IMG/VR virus record: IMGVR_UViG_3300042519_000334
Span: 1 to 61,636 of that record
Length of the DNA: 61,636 nt
Reading direction: 5' to 3' (one strand)
Source: a virus
Taxonomy: Duplodnaviria; Caudoviricetes
Within the stretch, counting starts at the first letter, position 1; every line of letters starts with the position of its first letter. The notes under the pieces are model-generated. The model had not been told where the DNA came from. It made no database searches and was given only the letters and a program-made list of their open reading frames with translations. Shown in pieces: positions 27,347 to 37,800 of the stretch. The translations under genes were made by a program, and so were the position numbers.

Positions 27347-28077
27347 TACTGCTTAGCTTGTTCAGATGATGCGTAAGTAAACATATCGGTGTCCTTAATG
27401 TTGATTCCAATCATCTTGGCTAGTTCCATTACTAACTGCGGAGTGTAGTGCTCCGGAAGCTCGAAGTCAACACTAGTAGATGCACTGAACACCTCTTTGT
27501 TGTCCACGACAGTGTAGCCAAATCTAGGGGTGAGTGCAGTCCTTGCTCCACTAATCGGACTAAGTCCCTCCGGTTGCTTGTAGTACTTAAGCTTAACCTT
27601 CTTGATGCTGGTAGGATATACCGTGATATCCTCAGACACTACAGCCACTGGATTATTCTCAGTAGGTCTAGACAGAGTGCTTCTGAAGATATATTCAGCC
27701 TTTAGCTCGTCATAGATGAGGTCAATTGGCGTTGAGGTCGTCTGACCTAAGATGAACGTACCAAACGTCTTCAGAGAGATGATACGAGCCAAATCAGCTG
27801 GCTTATCGAACACTCCGTCAGCTTGACTAATTGTTGCTTCCTTAGAGAAGAACGATAAGTCCTCCCTCAACTGCTTGCTTAGTGCAAGGTCGCGATGCCC
27901 GTCGATGCCTCTGCTTTTAGCAGTTGCTGACAGCGAATTCTTAGAGAATAGACTGTTGAACACGTTCTGCTGAGCCAACGCGGCGAACGCATTGAAGGTT
28001 GACGGAGTGACGAACCCTCGCTCGTCTTTGTTCGCCAAATCCTTCAAAGTAGAATATACTGTGTAGACGCTAGCCAT
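27346..28077 (-). CDS. Head-tail ring/adaptor protein
   Basis: NKDERGFVTP.TFN..A..AQ and DFELP motifs typical of crAss-like ring proteins. Confidence 0.7.
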   Translation of the reverse strand: MASVYTVYSTLKDLANKDERGFVTPSTFNAFAALAQQNVFNSLFSKNSLSATAKSRGIDGHRDLALSKQLREDLSFFSKEATISQADGVFDKPADLARIISLKTFGTFILGQTTSTPIDLIYDELKAEYIFRSTLSRPTENNPVAVVSEDITVYPTSIKKVKLKYYKQPEGLSPISGARTALTPRFGYTVVDNKEVFSASTSVDFELPEHYTPQLVMELAKMIGINIKDTDMFTYASSEQAKQ

Positions 28078-28106
28078 TATACGATGTTTATGTGCAAATA
28101 TACCAA

Positions 28107-28134
28107 TAAAAAAGGGGCCACTCTCGTAGCCCCC
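28107..28134 (-). terminator. Intrinsic terminator
   Basis: GGGGC..GCCCC-type hairpin with an A-run on the plus strand (U-tract on minus). Confidence 0.6.
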
Positions 28135-28156
28135 ATACTATCAAGCAGTTAAGACA

Positions 28157-28996
28157 TTAGCCCAAGCGCTCGAGTCTGTTTAAGACTTCATCGTAAATCG
28201 GTGCGCCCTTCTCTGTCATACAGTAGCGGGTGAGCACGTCAGTCGGCTCCTGACCAGCAGGTGCAGTAATGATAAGACGGTTGGTGTCAAACCAGTAGAT
28301 TCCGTCTGGACGCTCACGAAGGATTTGGAAGTCGATAGCTTGGCGAATAGCTGAGCGAATCTTAACCATCGGATTGTCAAACATCTCAATGAACGCTTTG
28401 GGGTTAACCTTGGCCTCAGTTAGAAGCTCACGGCGAATCTCCTGATTGCGCTGCTCGATGTTAATACCTAAGTATATAGCAACAGGAAGCAGTTCATCAA
28501 TGCTCTTATCTCTAACTAGTGAGATAGCATCGTGAAGCAAGAACTCCTTGTCGAGGTCATCTTCTGCCTTCTTGCTGGTGTCAACCGCAAAGAATACGTT
28601 GCCTCCGTTTGACTTATTGTCTGGGTGTGCATCCAAGTAATCCTGAAGATTAGGCTTGTTTGCTGGAACTGCTAAATATCCATCACGGAAGACAATGTGG
28701 TCACGCATTGCGTTGATTGATTGTGCATCCACATAGATAGACGGCTCATTCGGGCAGTAGCGGATAGCACGAACTGTGTCCTTCTCTGAGTCGTAGATTG
28801 TGATGTTGTTTTGGTTCAGCTTGAACCAGATGCCTCCTCCAGTTACAACGGAGTAGACCTTTTGTTTTCTGCCCTCATTTTGTTTCTCTAACTGACGCTT
28901 AGGACGGTATGAGGTTGCAGCGGGTGCAGGTACTGCGGTGATGTTTTCTGGTGCTTCGAGGATAGCTTCCTCTCGGCGAATTGCTGGACGTGCCAT
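28157..28996 (-). CDS. Conserved protein downstream of the major capsid gene (crAss-like)
   Basis: R.IRYC.NE.SI..D.Q and IVF.DG.L.V motifs; synteny. Confidence 0.65.
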   Translation of the reverse strand: MARPAIRREEAILEAPENITAVPAPAATSYRPKRQLEKQNEGRKQKVYSVVTGGGIWFKLNQNNITIYDSEKDTVRAIRYCPNEPSIYVDAQSINAMRDHIVFRDGYLAVPANKPNLQDYLDAHPDNKSNGGNVFFAVDTSKKAEDDLDKEFLLHDAISLVRDKSIDELLPVAIYLGINIEQRNQEIRRELLTEAKVNPKAFIEMFDNPMVKIRSAIRQAIDFQILRERPDGIYWFDTNRLIITAPAGQEPTDVLTRYCMTEKGAPIYDEVLNRLERLG

Positions 28997-29017
28997 ATTG
29001 AATAGAATTAAAGCATT

Positions 29018-29059
29018 AAAAAGAAAGGGCTAGGGGGGCCCGAAGACCCCCCGTCCCTT
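29018..29059 (-). terminator. Intrinsic terminator after the capsid gene
   Basis: AAGGG-GGGGGG...CCCCC-CCCTT hairpin preceded by an A-run. Confidence 0.7.
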
Positions 29060-29069
29060 AACCTATTGA

Positions 29070-30410
29070 TTAGGCCTTCTTGAGAAGCACGTGGCGGTTA
29101 GCGCCGCGAGTTACAAGAGCGATTTCAGACAGGTAGTTGAACTGAACCAAGTCTTTGGTGTCGTTCGAAGCTCCCATAAATGAGCCAGTCAACCAGTGGT
29201 GCATCTCACGGCTAACACCGTTAGTTGCCTTGTAGTTGATTTCCAATGAAGGATTGCGGTCGCCCGACTTGGGGTCAACTACAGTCGCCATAGGAATAGC
29301 AACACCAGCGAAGTTAGCTTCAGCCAACAAAGTGGGGTCGTTCAGAAGCTTCCAATCGTGCTTGTGGAAGGTGTAACCACCACGGCCGAATGATTTGAAG
29401 CCAAGCTTGATAGCCATATCAGCACTGTTATTGAATGCTCCGAATTGCGTAGCAACACCAGCAGTCAATGAGTTACCTACACCCTTGGCGACTAAGTCGT
29501 CAATCAATAGGTCTTGCGTGCGGTCAACGTACAGAGCGTACTCGGGAGAAGCACCCTGCTTGTCAAGCTCCTTGATGATGAGGTCAAGGTCAGACAACTC
29601 AGTGATGTAACCATTGGTAACCAAACCACGATTCTCGATAGCGGCGAAGTAACCTTCAGAACCTTCTACAGATACGTTAGCGGTGTTAGTAACCTTCTGG
29701 CCCAACAACATCATCATCTCACGCTTGTCGAGGAAGCGCTGACGAGTGTCGGCCTCACCCTTCATAAACCAACGGTAATCACCATTGCCGAGGTCAATCC
29801 ATCCGAGGTTGGTAGCCTGTGAGCCGGTCACCTTGAAGATTTCCTTAACAATCATATATGGGTTAGTGCGCTTAACCACGTTAGACTCGAGGTACTCGGT
29901 CGGTTGGTCAGTGCCCTGTCCGTACAGGTTACCGATGATAGGAAGCTCGTACGTGCCAATAGCGATAACTGACAGGTTAGCATCTTCCAAGTTAGCAACA
30001 GTGAAGCTGGTAGTTCCAGTGATAGCGGTAACGATAGCACGCTCCTTGCCACCAAGCAGAACAACGTCGTTCAAGCGAACAACAACAGGCTGAGAACCGA
30101 AGGCAATAACCATCGTCTTTCCAGCAGTCGTAGCAGCAGCAAGAACTACTTTCTGGTTTTGGTGCAGGCGAACTTCTTCCCACCACTGAACTTGGTCAGC
30201 AGTTCCTGCGCTTTTAACAGCTCCTACCATCTGGAGGAAGCCAGTGATGCCTTGTGCACCGAAAGCCTTTACAAGGGCGTCGCGGTTGTCGGGCTTGTTA
30301 ACCTCGTTGAAGTAGTCACCAAGAGCGACGTACTTAGCAGGGTCAAGACGCTTTACAGCGTTTGCTCCAGAGAAAAAAGTTCCCTGAGTAGCAGAAGTCA
30401 TATTTGCCAT
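29070..30410 (-). CDS. Major capsid protein
   Basis: 446 aa after the scaffold gene; W.EE.RLH, GSEGYFAAIENRG and GF..F.RGGYTFHK.DWK.LND motifs of crAss-like capsids. Confidence 0.85.
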   Translation of the reverse strand: MANMTSATQGTFFSGANAVKRLDPAKYVALGDYFNEVNKPDNRDALVKAFGAQGITGFLQMVGAVKSAGTADQVQWWEEVRLHQNQKVVLAAATTAGKTMVIAFGSQPVVVRLNDVVLLGGKERAIVTAITGTTSFTVANLEDANLSVIAIGTYELPIIGNLYGQGTDQPTEYLESNVVKRTNPYMIVKEIFKVTGSQATNLGWIDLGNGDYRWFMKGEADTRQRFLDKREMMMLLGQKVTNTANVSVEGSEGYFAAIENRGLVTNGYITELSDLDLIIKELDKQGASPEYALYVDRTQDLLIDDLVAKGVGNSLTAGVATQFGAFNNSADMAIKLGFKSFGRGGYTFHKHDWKLLNDPTLLAEANFAGVAIPMATVVDPKSGDRNPSLEINYKATNGVSREMHHWLTGSFMGASNDTKDLVQFNYLSEIALVTRGANRHVLLKKA

Positions 30411-30435
30411 TTTAGTATATGTTAGGCGTTAGACG

Positions 30436-31611
30436 TTAAAATCGAAATCGCATCATTGAGTCAGACTCTCCGATGATTTGGCGAAGCTGCTCCTCTACAT
30501 TGTTACCCGACTGTACGTTTCCTACGTTAGGTGTATTCACCTTCACGTTTGCGGCAGTCTCTACAACCTTGCGCTGTCCATCGCTCATACCTTGCTGATA
30601 AACAGCCTTGACAATTTCGTCAATGTTATCAACTACAGTACGATGCATATTGAACATCTCGTGGTTCCAGCTTCCGTCGCGGTCGACATACTGGTCAAAG
30701 TAACTCTCTAGATTAGCGTTTTTAGATTTGAGTGTCTCACGATACTTGTCGCCAAGTCCGAAGGTAAATGTCTTCTCGCCCGGAAGCTCGAAATCAATAC
30801 CGTCAAGAGCGTCAGCTTCTTGCATCATAGTAGATACCCACTGCTCGTCAACAAACGATTCGACTTGCGGCTCTTGCCCAGCAGTCCTTTCGACTGGCTT
30901 GAGGTAGTTGCTGCGTAGCCCATCAATCTGCTTTCTAGCGTTACCTGCGTCAATCTTTAGCTGAAGGGTCGCCATCTTCTGCTCCTTCTCATCTAGGAAT
31001 TCGCTGTCAGTCTTGTACTTCGCCGATACAAGCATTTCAACTTCATCCCGTGACAAGTCTGGAAAGTCGTTCTGCATCTGGAGCTTCACTACTGATAAGT
31101 CGTCCATTTCAGACGGATTCAGTGACTGGTATAAGAACCAATCTTGTGGGTCGCGGCCAGTTTCTTGAACAAACTTCAGAATAGGCTCAAGCCTCTCATC
31201 GATTGTCGCTGGTTGTTCTAAACGTGCGAGGATGCTATCCAAGTCAAGACCTACCTGCTCCTGCAAGTAAGAATTGACGAACTGGTTAACCTCCTCGTCC
31301 GTGAGTTCGTCGGTGGTTGATTCGTCAGAATCTCCCGTGTCTTGCTGACGATATACGTACCTACTGTCATCAGTTGGTTCTGAGTCGTCGGTAGCGACGG
31401 GCTCAGTTGGTTCTGATGGTTCGGTAACGCTTTGGTCAGCGGTAGAACCTTCGTTGCTGTCATCGGTAGCAACGTCACCGTTTGTGTTATCGGGCTCGAC
31501 AATTGTCGGCTCGATTGGTTGTTGGTCCTGAGAAGGCTCAGCGGGTTGGTCAACAATGTTGAGACCCATATCCCTCACAAGGTCCTCAAGGCTTGAAATA
31601 CCATCGGCCAT
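30436..31611 (-). CDS. Putative capsid scaffolding protein
   Basis: Very acidic disordered N-terminus, helical core; immediately upstream of the capsid gene. Confidence 0.65.
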   Translation of the reverse strand: MADGISSLEDLVRDMGLNIVDQPAEPSQDQQPIEPTIVEPDNTNGDVATDDSNEGSTADQSVTEPSEPTEPVATDDSEPTDDSRYVYRQQDTGDSDESTTDELTDEEVNQFVNSYLQEQVGLDLDSILARLEQPATIDERLEPILKFVQETGRDPQDWFLYQSLNPSEMDDLSVVKLQMQNDFPDLSRDEVEMLVSAKYKTDSEFLDEKEQKMATLQLKIDAGNARKQIDGLRSNYLKPVERTAGQEPQVESFVDEQWVSTMMQEADALDGIDFELPGEKTFTFGLGDKYRETLKSKNANLESYFDQYVDRDGSWNHEMFNMHRTVVDNIDEIVKAVYQQGMSDGQRKVVETAANVKVNTPNVGNVQSGNNVEEQLRQIIGESDSMMRFRF

Positions 31612-31658
31612 AATAAGTTGAATTAAAGTTCGTTACAAAATTATCGAGACTATCTCAC

Positions 31659-31697
31659 GCTAAAGTTTGCATATGTGAAAACTTATTCGTATATTTG
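31659..31697 (+). promoter_or_regulatory. Consensus promoter for a counter-oriented gene
   Basis: TTTG at 31666-69 and TATATTTG at 31690-97; 16-bp GCTAAAGTTTGCATAT is identical to 53175-53190. Confidence 0.75.
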
Positions 31698-31715
31698 ACT
31701 CAACAATTAAATCTA

Positions 31716-32045
31716 ATGAATATGAAAAACGCTCTTTTAACCGTCCTAGTAGCCCTATCTACTTCTGTTTTTGCTCAAGAAGCACCTACTGTGTTTCAAG
31801 GTGAAACATTTGAAAGATTAAGCGATAATCTTATTGTTTTCACAGAGAATGACGGCCGCATCTACTCAAAAATATCAGAATGCGAAGTGATTGAAACCAA
31901 AAAGTTTAAAAGACATCACTTAGTAGCTGAAACTCGAGTTATTGGTGGAGTAACTGTTGTAACGGTGATTGACACAAAAACTGGAGGCAATCCACTAGTC
32001 TTTAAATACTCTCACTACGTGGGTGAAAAAAAGAAAGGGGCTTAG
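31716..32045 (+). CDS. Secreted hypothetical protein (moron-like)
   Basis: Sec signal MKNALLTVLVALSTSVFA-Q; has its own promoter and terminator. Confidence 0.75.
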   Translation: MNMKNALLTVLVALSTSVFAQEAPTVFQGETFERLSDNLIVFTENDGRIYSKISECEVIETKKFKRHHLVAETRVIGGVTVVTVIDTKTGGNPLVFKYSHYVGEKKKGA

Positions 32046-32060
32046 GCCCCTTTTTTATTT
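32026..32060. terminator. Bidirectional intrinsic terminator
   Basis: A-run, AAAGGGG-CTTAGG-CCCCTTT hairpin, T-run, between convergent genes. Confidence 0.8.
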
Positions 32061-32394
32061 ACATTACTTTCTTAATCGTCTTTGGCTTGATTGCCGCATA
32101 CTTCCCGTGGTATTCTTCGGTTGATGCTGGTGTCTGAGTTTTACCCATTCCTCCAACAGCTTCTTGCTTAGCAGCCTTTAGGTTCGCTGCAATCTTTGCT
32201 TTCTGACGATATTCCTCGGTAGCTTGACCACTAGTGGCTCTCATATTTGGTTTACCTCCAGATGCTACAGCAACTTTATTAGCTTCTTTTGTAGCCGCCA
32301 CTTCTTTAGCGTACATTTCTTTTCTTCGTTGAGCTTTAACTTCTGCCTCAACTCTAGGTCCTTTGCCGCCTTCGGCGTATTTTCTTGCTTTCAT
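32059..32394 (-). CDS. Small basic protein
   Basis: Lys/Ala-rich; MKARKYAEGGK N-terminus. Confidence 0.7.
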   Translation of the reverse strand: MKARKYAEGGKGPRVEAEVKAQRRKEMYAKEVAATKEANKVAVASGGKPNMRATSGQATEEYRQKAKIAANLKAAKQEAVGGMGKTQTPASTEEYHGKYAAIKPKTIKKVM

Positions 32395-32430
32395 CGTTAG
32401 AAACTTTGTACAAATATAGAAATCAATCAG

Positions 32431-32715
32431 TTACCACTTCACGCGGTCAGCCCAGTAGGCTGCACTCATCTTACCCTTAGCGATGTTCTTAGCGTGACGT
32501 GCCTTAAAGCTAGCACGCTTCTTAGCTCTAGCAGCAGTAGGATTACTCTCGGTTACGGTATCAGCACCCTTCTCTCCGAAACGGATGAGCTTAGTCTTAT
32601 TCCCGTCCTTAGCTAATACGATGTGAGACTTCTTAGGATGTGAAGGCGTTGCCTTTGCCTTATTGACGCCAGCAAGGCTGTGCTTCTTAATTAGGCTCTT
32701 TACTCTATTGTCCAT
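32431..32715 (-). CDS. Conserved small basic phage protein
   Basis: KLIRFG, RASFKARH and SAAYWA..VKW motifs. Confidence 0.75.
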   Translation of the reverse strand: MDNRVKSLIKKHSLAGVNKAKATPSHPKKSHIVLAKDGNKTKLIRFGEKGADTVTESNPTAARAKKRASFKARHAKNIAKGKMSAAYWADRVKW

Positions 32716-33026
32716 TACTTACGCATTTTAAGCGCTTGATTTTCTCGCTCAAGGAAGTCAACCTTGACACGAAGCGAGTGAACTTCAGCAGTTAGGTCTA
32801 ATACTTTTTGACGTAGCTCGTCTTTCTCGTCTGCGGCTCTTGCTAGCAATTCCTCTAGGTTTCTTACTCGGTTCTTAAGGTCGTCACGGTACAGATGAGT
32901 GTCGCTATTGAACATCTCTTCTTTGCGCTCCTCAGCACGCATCTTCATCTTGTTGGTGTAAAACTGAAATGCCGCACCAGAGCCTAGTACGGTTACGATA
33001 GTGATTGCGATATTAGCAAAGTCCAT
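32715..33026 (-). CDS. Membrane-anchored coiled-coil protein (lysis-associated?)
   Basis: N-terminal TM helix followed by heptad repeats. Confidence 0.6.
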   Translation of the reverse strand: MDFANIAITIVTVLGSGAAFQFYTNKMKMRAEERKEEMFNSDTHLYRDDLKNRVRNLEELLARAADEKDELRQKVLDLTAEVHSLRVKVDFLERENQALKMRK

Positions 33027-33442
33027 TACTTAGTGCTGTATTTCTTTTTGAGTTCTTCAAGGTGTTTCTGGTTCTCCACACGGATGATGTTCCAAGCAGA
33101 GAAGATAAGTACTAGTACCCAACCCATATTAGAGCCGTGTAGCATTCCTTCCATAAAGTAATTTAGAACAGTTGCTACAGCAACCAAGAACGCAATCTTT
33201 ACAGCTAGCAGTCGAACCTTAAGGTCTCCGCTCCAAAGAACAGCATAGCCCTGATAAACTCCGCAGGCCATTGAGAAGAAGCACAGACTCGGTGAAGAGA
33301 ACATCTCCGTCCATAGGGCAACAGGTAAGATGAACGTGTGAAGAACAGACGTAAACACTTCATTTGGCTCGCTGTCGCTGTACTTGAATATGCTTACGAC
33401 TCTCTTTAGACCTTTCTCTTCCATCACGTCTGCTATGTGCAT
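33026..33442 (-). CDS. Multi-pass membrane protein
   Basis: About four hydrophobic helices. Confidence 0.65.
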   Translation of the reverse strand: MHIADVMEEKGLKRVVSIFKYSDSEPNEVFTSVLHTFILPVALWTEMFSSPSLCFFSMACGVYQGYAVLWSGDLKVRLLAVKIAFLVAVATVLNYFMEGMLHGSNMGWVLVLIFSAWNIIRVENQKHLEELKKKYSTK

Positions 33443-33445
33443 TTG

Positions 33446-33664
33446 TTATTTTTTAGCGAATTTTTCGATTGCTGTTCCGAAGAACATAGCGATTGTGATG
33501 TATTCCACTGCTTCGACAAGCTCCTTGCTCGGTGCAATGTCTTTCGGACTGAAGCTGTTTGCCACAAGTGTACCGAACAGAACGATAGCCCCAAGAATCC
33601 CAATGACTCTTTTTGAGGACACCTCATCGCCAACACCCATAAGCTTAGTCATCCACTCCTTCAT
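33446..33664 (-). CDS. Holin-like two-TM protein
   Basis: SSKRVIG followed by two TM helices and a basic C-terminus. Confidence 0.6.
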   Translation of the reverse strand: MKEWMTKLMGVGDEVSSKRVIGILGAIVLFGTLVANSFSPKDIAPSKELVEAVEYITIAMFFGTAIEKFAKK

Positions 33665-33680
33665 AGCACAAAAATAAGCC

Positions 33681-33710
33681 AAAAAGAAAAGCCCCGTAAG
33701 GGGCTCTCTA
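33681..33710 (-). terminator. Intrinsic terminator
   Basis: AGCCCC-GTAA-GGGGCT preceded by an A-run. Confidence 0.7.
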
Positions 33711-33729
33711 TCAGTAAGTTGTGGGAGAA

Positions 33730-34008
33730 TTACTTTACAACTTTCAGCTCTGGGGTAGCCTCTTGCTCTGAAACGGTGAACTCACCAGTCTCAAGGTTCA
33801 AGGTTCCGTGGCCGTGTTCGGCAGCGAGTTCCTGCATCAAAGCTTGAATCTCCTCACCGCTGGCACGCAGTTCGGTGACGAGGGTCTCCTGACGTGCTGC
33901 GAGGTCTTTCTCGCTTACGTACAGAGCGCCAAGCTCCATTTGGATTTGCTGTTGTTTAGCACGCACTTCACGTGCCTTCGTAAGTTGGTCTTCAGAAATC
34001 TGAGCCAT
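33730..34008 (-). CDS. Coiled-coil protein (tail-fibre associated?)
   Basis: Coiled coil with G.LNLETGEF; follows the fibre cluster. Confidence 0.6.
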   Translation of the reverse strand: MAQISEDQLTKAREVRAKQQQIQMELGALYVSEKDLAARQETLVTELRASGEEIQALMQELAAEHGHGTLNLETGEFTVSEQEATPELKVVK

Positions 34009-34039
34009 AGTAAATGAAATTAGAGTTAGTGATTAAAAT

Positions 34040-34420
34040 CTAGCAGTCTACAGCGTCCTCGTATCCAGCTTGAGCCTTAAGGTGGCTGTAGGCTTGAACG
34101 AGGATGTCGGCAGCTTCAGCTTCAAGGCTAGGCTCGAAGTTGAAGTGGGTGCGGTAGATGGGCTCTGCGTGTGCTTCACGGGTAACTTCCGATGCGTAGG
34201 TAGCTACTTCGAAGTGGCAGAAGTTCTTCTTAACCCAAGCTTCTACTGGAGCGACAGCTACAGGAGGTACAGGGTTTCCTTCCTCATCAACTGCGGGTGC
34301 AGTAGGGGTAGGGTAAGTGTAAGTCTTTTGGTCGGTAGACTCGTACGTAAGACGGGTTACCTTGTGGTAGGCATCGGAGAAAGTGATTCCGAACTTATCT
34401 ACAGTTGCGATTACAGCCAT
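34040..34420 (-). CDS. Tail-associated hypothetical protein
   Basis: QAY.HLK...Y.DAVDC C-terminus of a kind common after phage fibre genes. Confidence 0.6.
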   Translation of the reverse strand: MAVIATVDKFGITFSDAYHKVTRLTYESTDQKTYTYPTPTAPAVDEEGNPVPPVAVAPVEAWVKKNFCHFEVATYASEVTREAHAEPIYRTHFNFEPSLEAEAADILVQAYSHLKAQAGYEDAVDC

Positions 34421-34457
34421 TGTGATTACTAATTAGTTGGACAAATATACGAAAAGA

Positions 34458-34856
34458 TTAACATCCACGAACAGCTGTTATCTTGCCAGCACTATCAATC
34501 TCATAGACTGATGAACCAGACTTCCACCAAAGTCCACCTCCGTCAAACGAAGAAGACAGCGTGTTATCAACGTAAAGCGTTACGTTTACCGCTAGTGAAG
34601 TAGATGATGAGTACAGAGTGATTGCGTCATATGCTGAGGAACAAGCTTCGGCCCAGTCTCCGTATCCTTGCTGTCCGTCTCCCGCCAAGAACGTGTAAGC
34701 TGTCGCTGCGGAGAATCCATAGAACTCACTCATAGCGTCAGGAGAAGACTTACTAGCCAGAGAGGATAGGGTACGCAGTGAACTGTTCGCCTGCGCTTGC
34801 CCTAGCTCTACCCTGATGTCGTTGATACTTATAGCTCCACTACTTTGTAAGGCCAT
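34458..34856 (-). CDS. Fibre-tip/adhesin-like protein
   Basis: MALQSSGAISINDI..ELG...MSEFYG N-terminus typical of gp38-like fibre-tip proteins. Confidence 0.6.
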   Translation of the reverse strand: MALQSSGAISINDIRVELGQAQANSSLRTLSSLASKSSPDAMSEFYGFSAATAYTFLAGDGQQGYGDWAEACSSAYDAITLYSSSTSLAVNVTLYVDNTLSSSFDGGGLWWKSGSSVYEIDSAGKITAVRGC

Positions 34857-37800
34857 TGAGCTGAGCTTTAAGTTCTTCAATCTGTTCTTGCTGCTCCTTC
34901 ATACCTTCAATCAAGAGACCGATGAGCTTCTCGTAGCGTACTGCAAGGTAACCCGTGTCGTTAGTCCTAACGGCGGATGGCATAACGCCTAACACCTGCT
35001 GTGCTATGATACCAGTGTCGTGTCCTTCGTGTCCGTGTGCCTCCTTATGCTCTGGCTTCCAGTCAAACTCTACTCCGGTTAGTGACTTCACTTTATCAAG
35101 TGCGTTCGCTATGGGGGTGATGTTTTCTTTTAGTCGCTCATCTGATGAGGAGTACGCTACGATATCGTTGGATGCGTCAATACGTCCTGCGGTCGCTGAT
35201 GGCGCTATGTTGACACCTAGTGCCACTGCGTTTACTAATACCTTCTTGTTGAGGTTGATTTGGTCAACAGCACCTGCTGCGATAACGAGCTGGTTAGAAG
35301 AGTTCGTGAACATTGCACTAACTGATGAACCGCTAGTGTTATGAATGCGATAGCCCTTGGTATTATCAGAGTGATTGTTTACCAGTATAGTCGGAGCAGT
35401 CGTGGTATTAAATGTTACGTTATCCGAAGTGCGAACGTATTGGTTCATATTCGGTGCGTAATCATTTAAGTTTTCTGTGCTCCAGAAGGTATATGGTCCA
35501 ACAAAAGTTCCACCCTGTAGCCTTGAATACTGAGGAGCACCCCAGAACGGCATAATGATGGTCTGATTGTAGTATGTAGCACCATCGCCGTGGTTTGAGA
35601 TAAAGTATCCAGCCCAGCCACTCTGACCAGCAAATGTTCCTGACGATTGGTAATAGGTCATATTACCACTGCCATAGCCTACAATGTCAAGTGCTGATGA
35701 GCGACTAGACGAGCTAGAGCTTCCAGCACTAGTAGCATAGTTAACCGATTGGCTTCCAATGTTTCCAGAGTGAATTACTGTACGCTCAGTACCGCCACCA
35801 GTTGAATTGGCTGAAATGTACATCTCACCACCGTACCATCTAAACTGCCAGCCAGCATTATTATTGTGAAACCCTACCTCGTTGCCATTTGCCATTACAA
35901 CAACATTGCTTCCAGTAAATCGGATTCCGTGCCACCCATCTTTAGAACCAGTCACTTGAAGCGAACCGTATGAACCAGCATTCGGTTGAAGATGAACACC
36001 AACAGCCCCATCTAGATATAATGAACCCACATAATCAACAGAACCTCCATTCATATGAAGACTCTTGCTGCCTCTTGAGCGTATATATGACCCTTCCGTC
36101 ATATACCAGCCTCCGCCCCAACCGAATCCTATTTCTTCGTCGGTAAGGAATGTGGATGTACCACGTCCAATTACAATAGCATCGTTATTGTTTGTGAGCT
36201 GTATAGAGCCATTGATGAACACACGGTTGTTCGTTGTTGTTCCGTGAACAACACTACCATTGTCGTTTACGGTATGCTCAGTAGCTCCATTTACGTTTAC
36301 AAATCCATCTACTTTTAAGTTGCCAGATGAATAAGAGTTTCCTCTAACATCTAATGTGTATGCTGGCTCAATAACCGTTGGATAAGTTCCAAGGCTACCA
36401 ATGGCAACGCCTGTGCTAGTCATACGAACTAACGTCTTACCATTGTATCCACCTATGCCATTGTGCGGATTATAGCTAGTGTTACCAAATTCTGCGGTAT
36501 TAGAGAATCCAATGTCTAATCTAGTACCAGGTCCATTCGTTCCGATTACCCATTGATTGCCTTGATATCCATTGTGAACAAACTGAATAGTCGGACCGTG
36601 TACTCCGTTGCTAGTTACAGTATGGTCAAGCGTTAATACTGGATATTGACCACGTTGATATATTACTGGTCTCTTATTAGAGTCAATAAGAGTATATGGA
36701 GTTGTAGTTACGTTTTCACCAACGATGAATCTACTACCATTAGTCGAATCCCATCTAAATGCACCAATGGTTGTGTCGTTTGATACAAAGTCTATGGCGC
36801 CGCCGCTTGTGGCCATTGAAAGTGTTGAGCTGGCATACACACCTCCCCTGCTCCAGGCCGCACCAAGTCTGACCTCACCAGTGTAAGACTCTGGGTTGTT
36901 TACATAAAGGTTTCTTGTGCCGTCAAAGTATGCAACCTTATTAGTTGTATTGCCTCGACCAAAACCACCTAATGTGCTAGCGTCTCCAGCAGAAGCAGCA
37001 TAGTTTACCGATTGAGAACCGATATTTCCAGTGGTAATCATCTCAACCCATCCAGATGTAGTCGTATCCCACTTACCTCTGAGCCAGTATCTGTTATCGG
37101 TGGCGTTGGCCGCACCGACCATCATCCAACCATAACCAACGCTTGATGTTGCATAATGTTGACCAGAAACAATACCCTGTGCGTGAACATATCCAGCACC
37201 TTGAGGGTGGTCGGTTCCCTCACCCCAGATGTCCCAACCAGAAAAGCCACCTTGCCAAGCATTCGCCCAAGTTCCGTGGTCTTTTGCCCATCCATTTGTA
37301 CCAGTCCAATATCCTTGGTCTGAAGAATAACTAGTTCTATTTGTCCAGTACCTTGGCATATTCCATCTAGCCCTTGTAGCAGTGTTTAATTGATTAAGGT
37401 TAGATGTACCGTTAGGGTCTAAGTAATATCCAGTATCATTAGAGTCGTAGAATATGGGTGCTCGCAATGAACCAGATGCGATAACGGTTCCTGCCGTATC
37501 TACAGTTAGTTTACCAGCTCCAACATTAAAGTTCCCACCAGAGCCGTTGTGATATTGTACATATAGCGTTGCTGAACCAGAACCATAATATGTATTTAAT
37601 TGGTCTCCACCAATAAATGATGTCTTATAGTTTAAGTCTGGCGCATATGTTCGGAACGCTACTTCTCCAGCGTTAAACCAGTGTCTCTTTATTGAGTTGG
37701 TTGTAATATAAAATGTACCAGCTCCAGCAACATACATTGTAATATCAGCAGCACTTCCGCTATGAGCCCAGTCATCAAGACCAAGACCTCCACGGAATGT

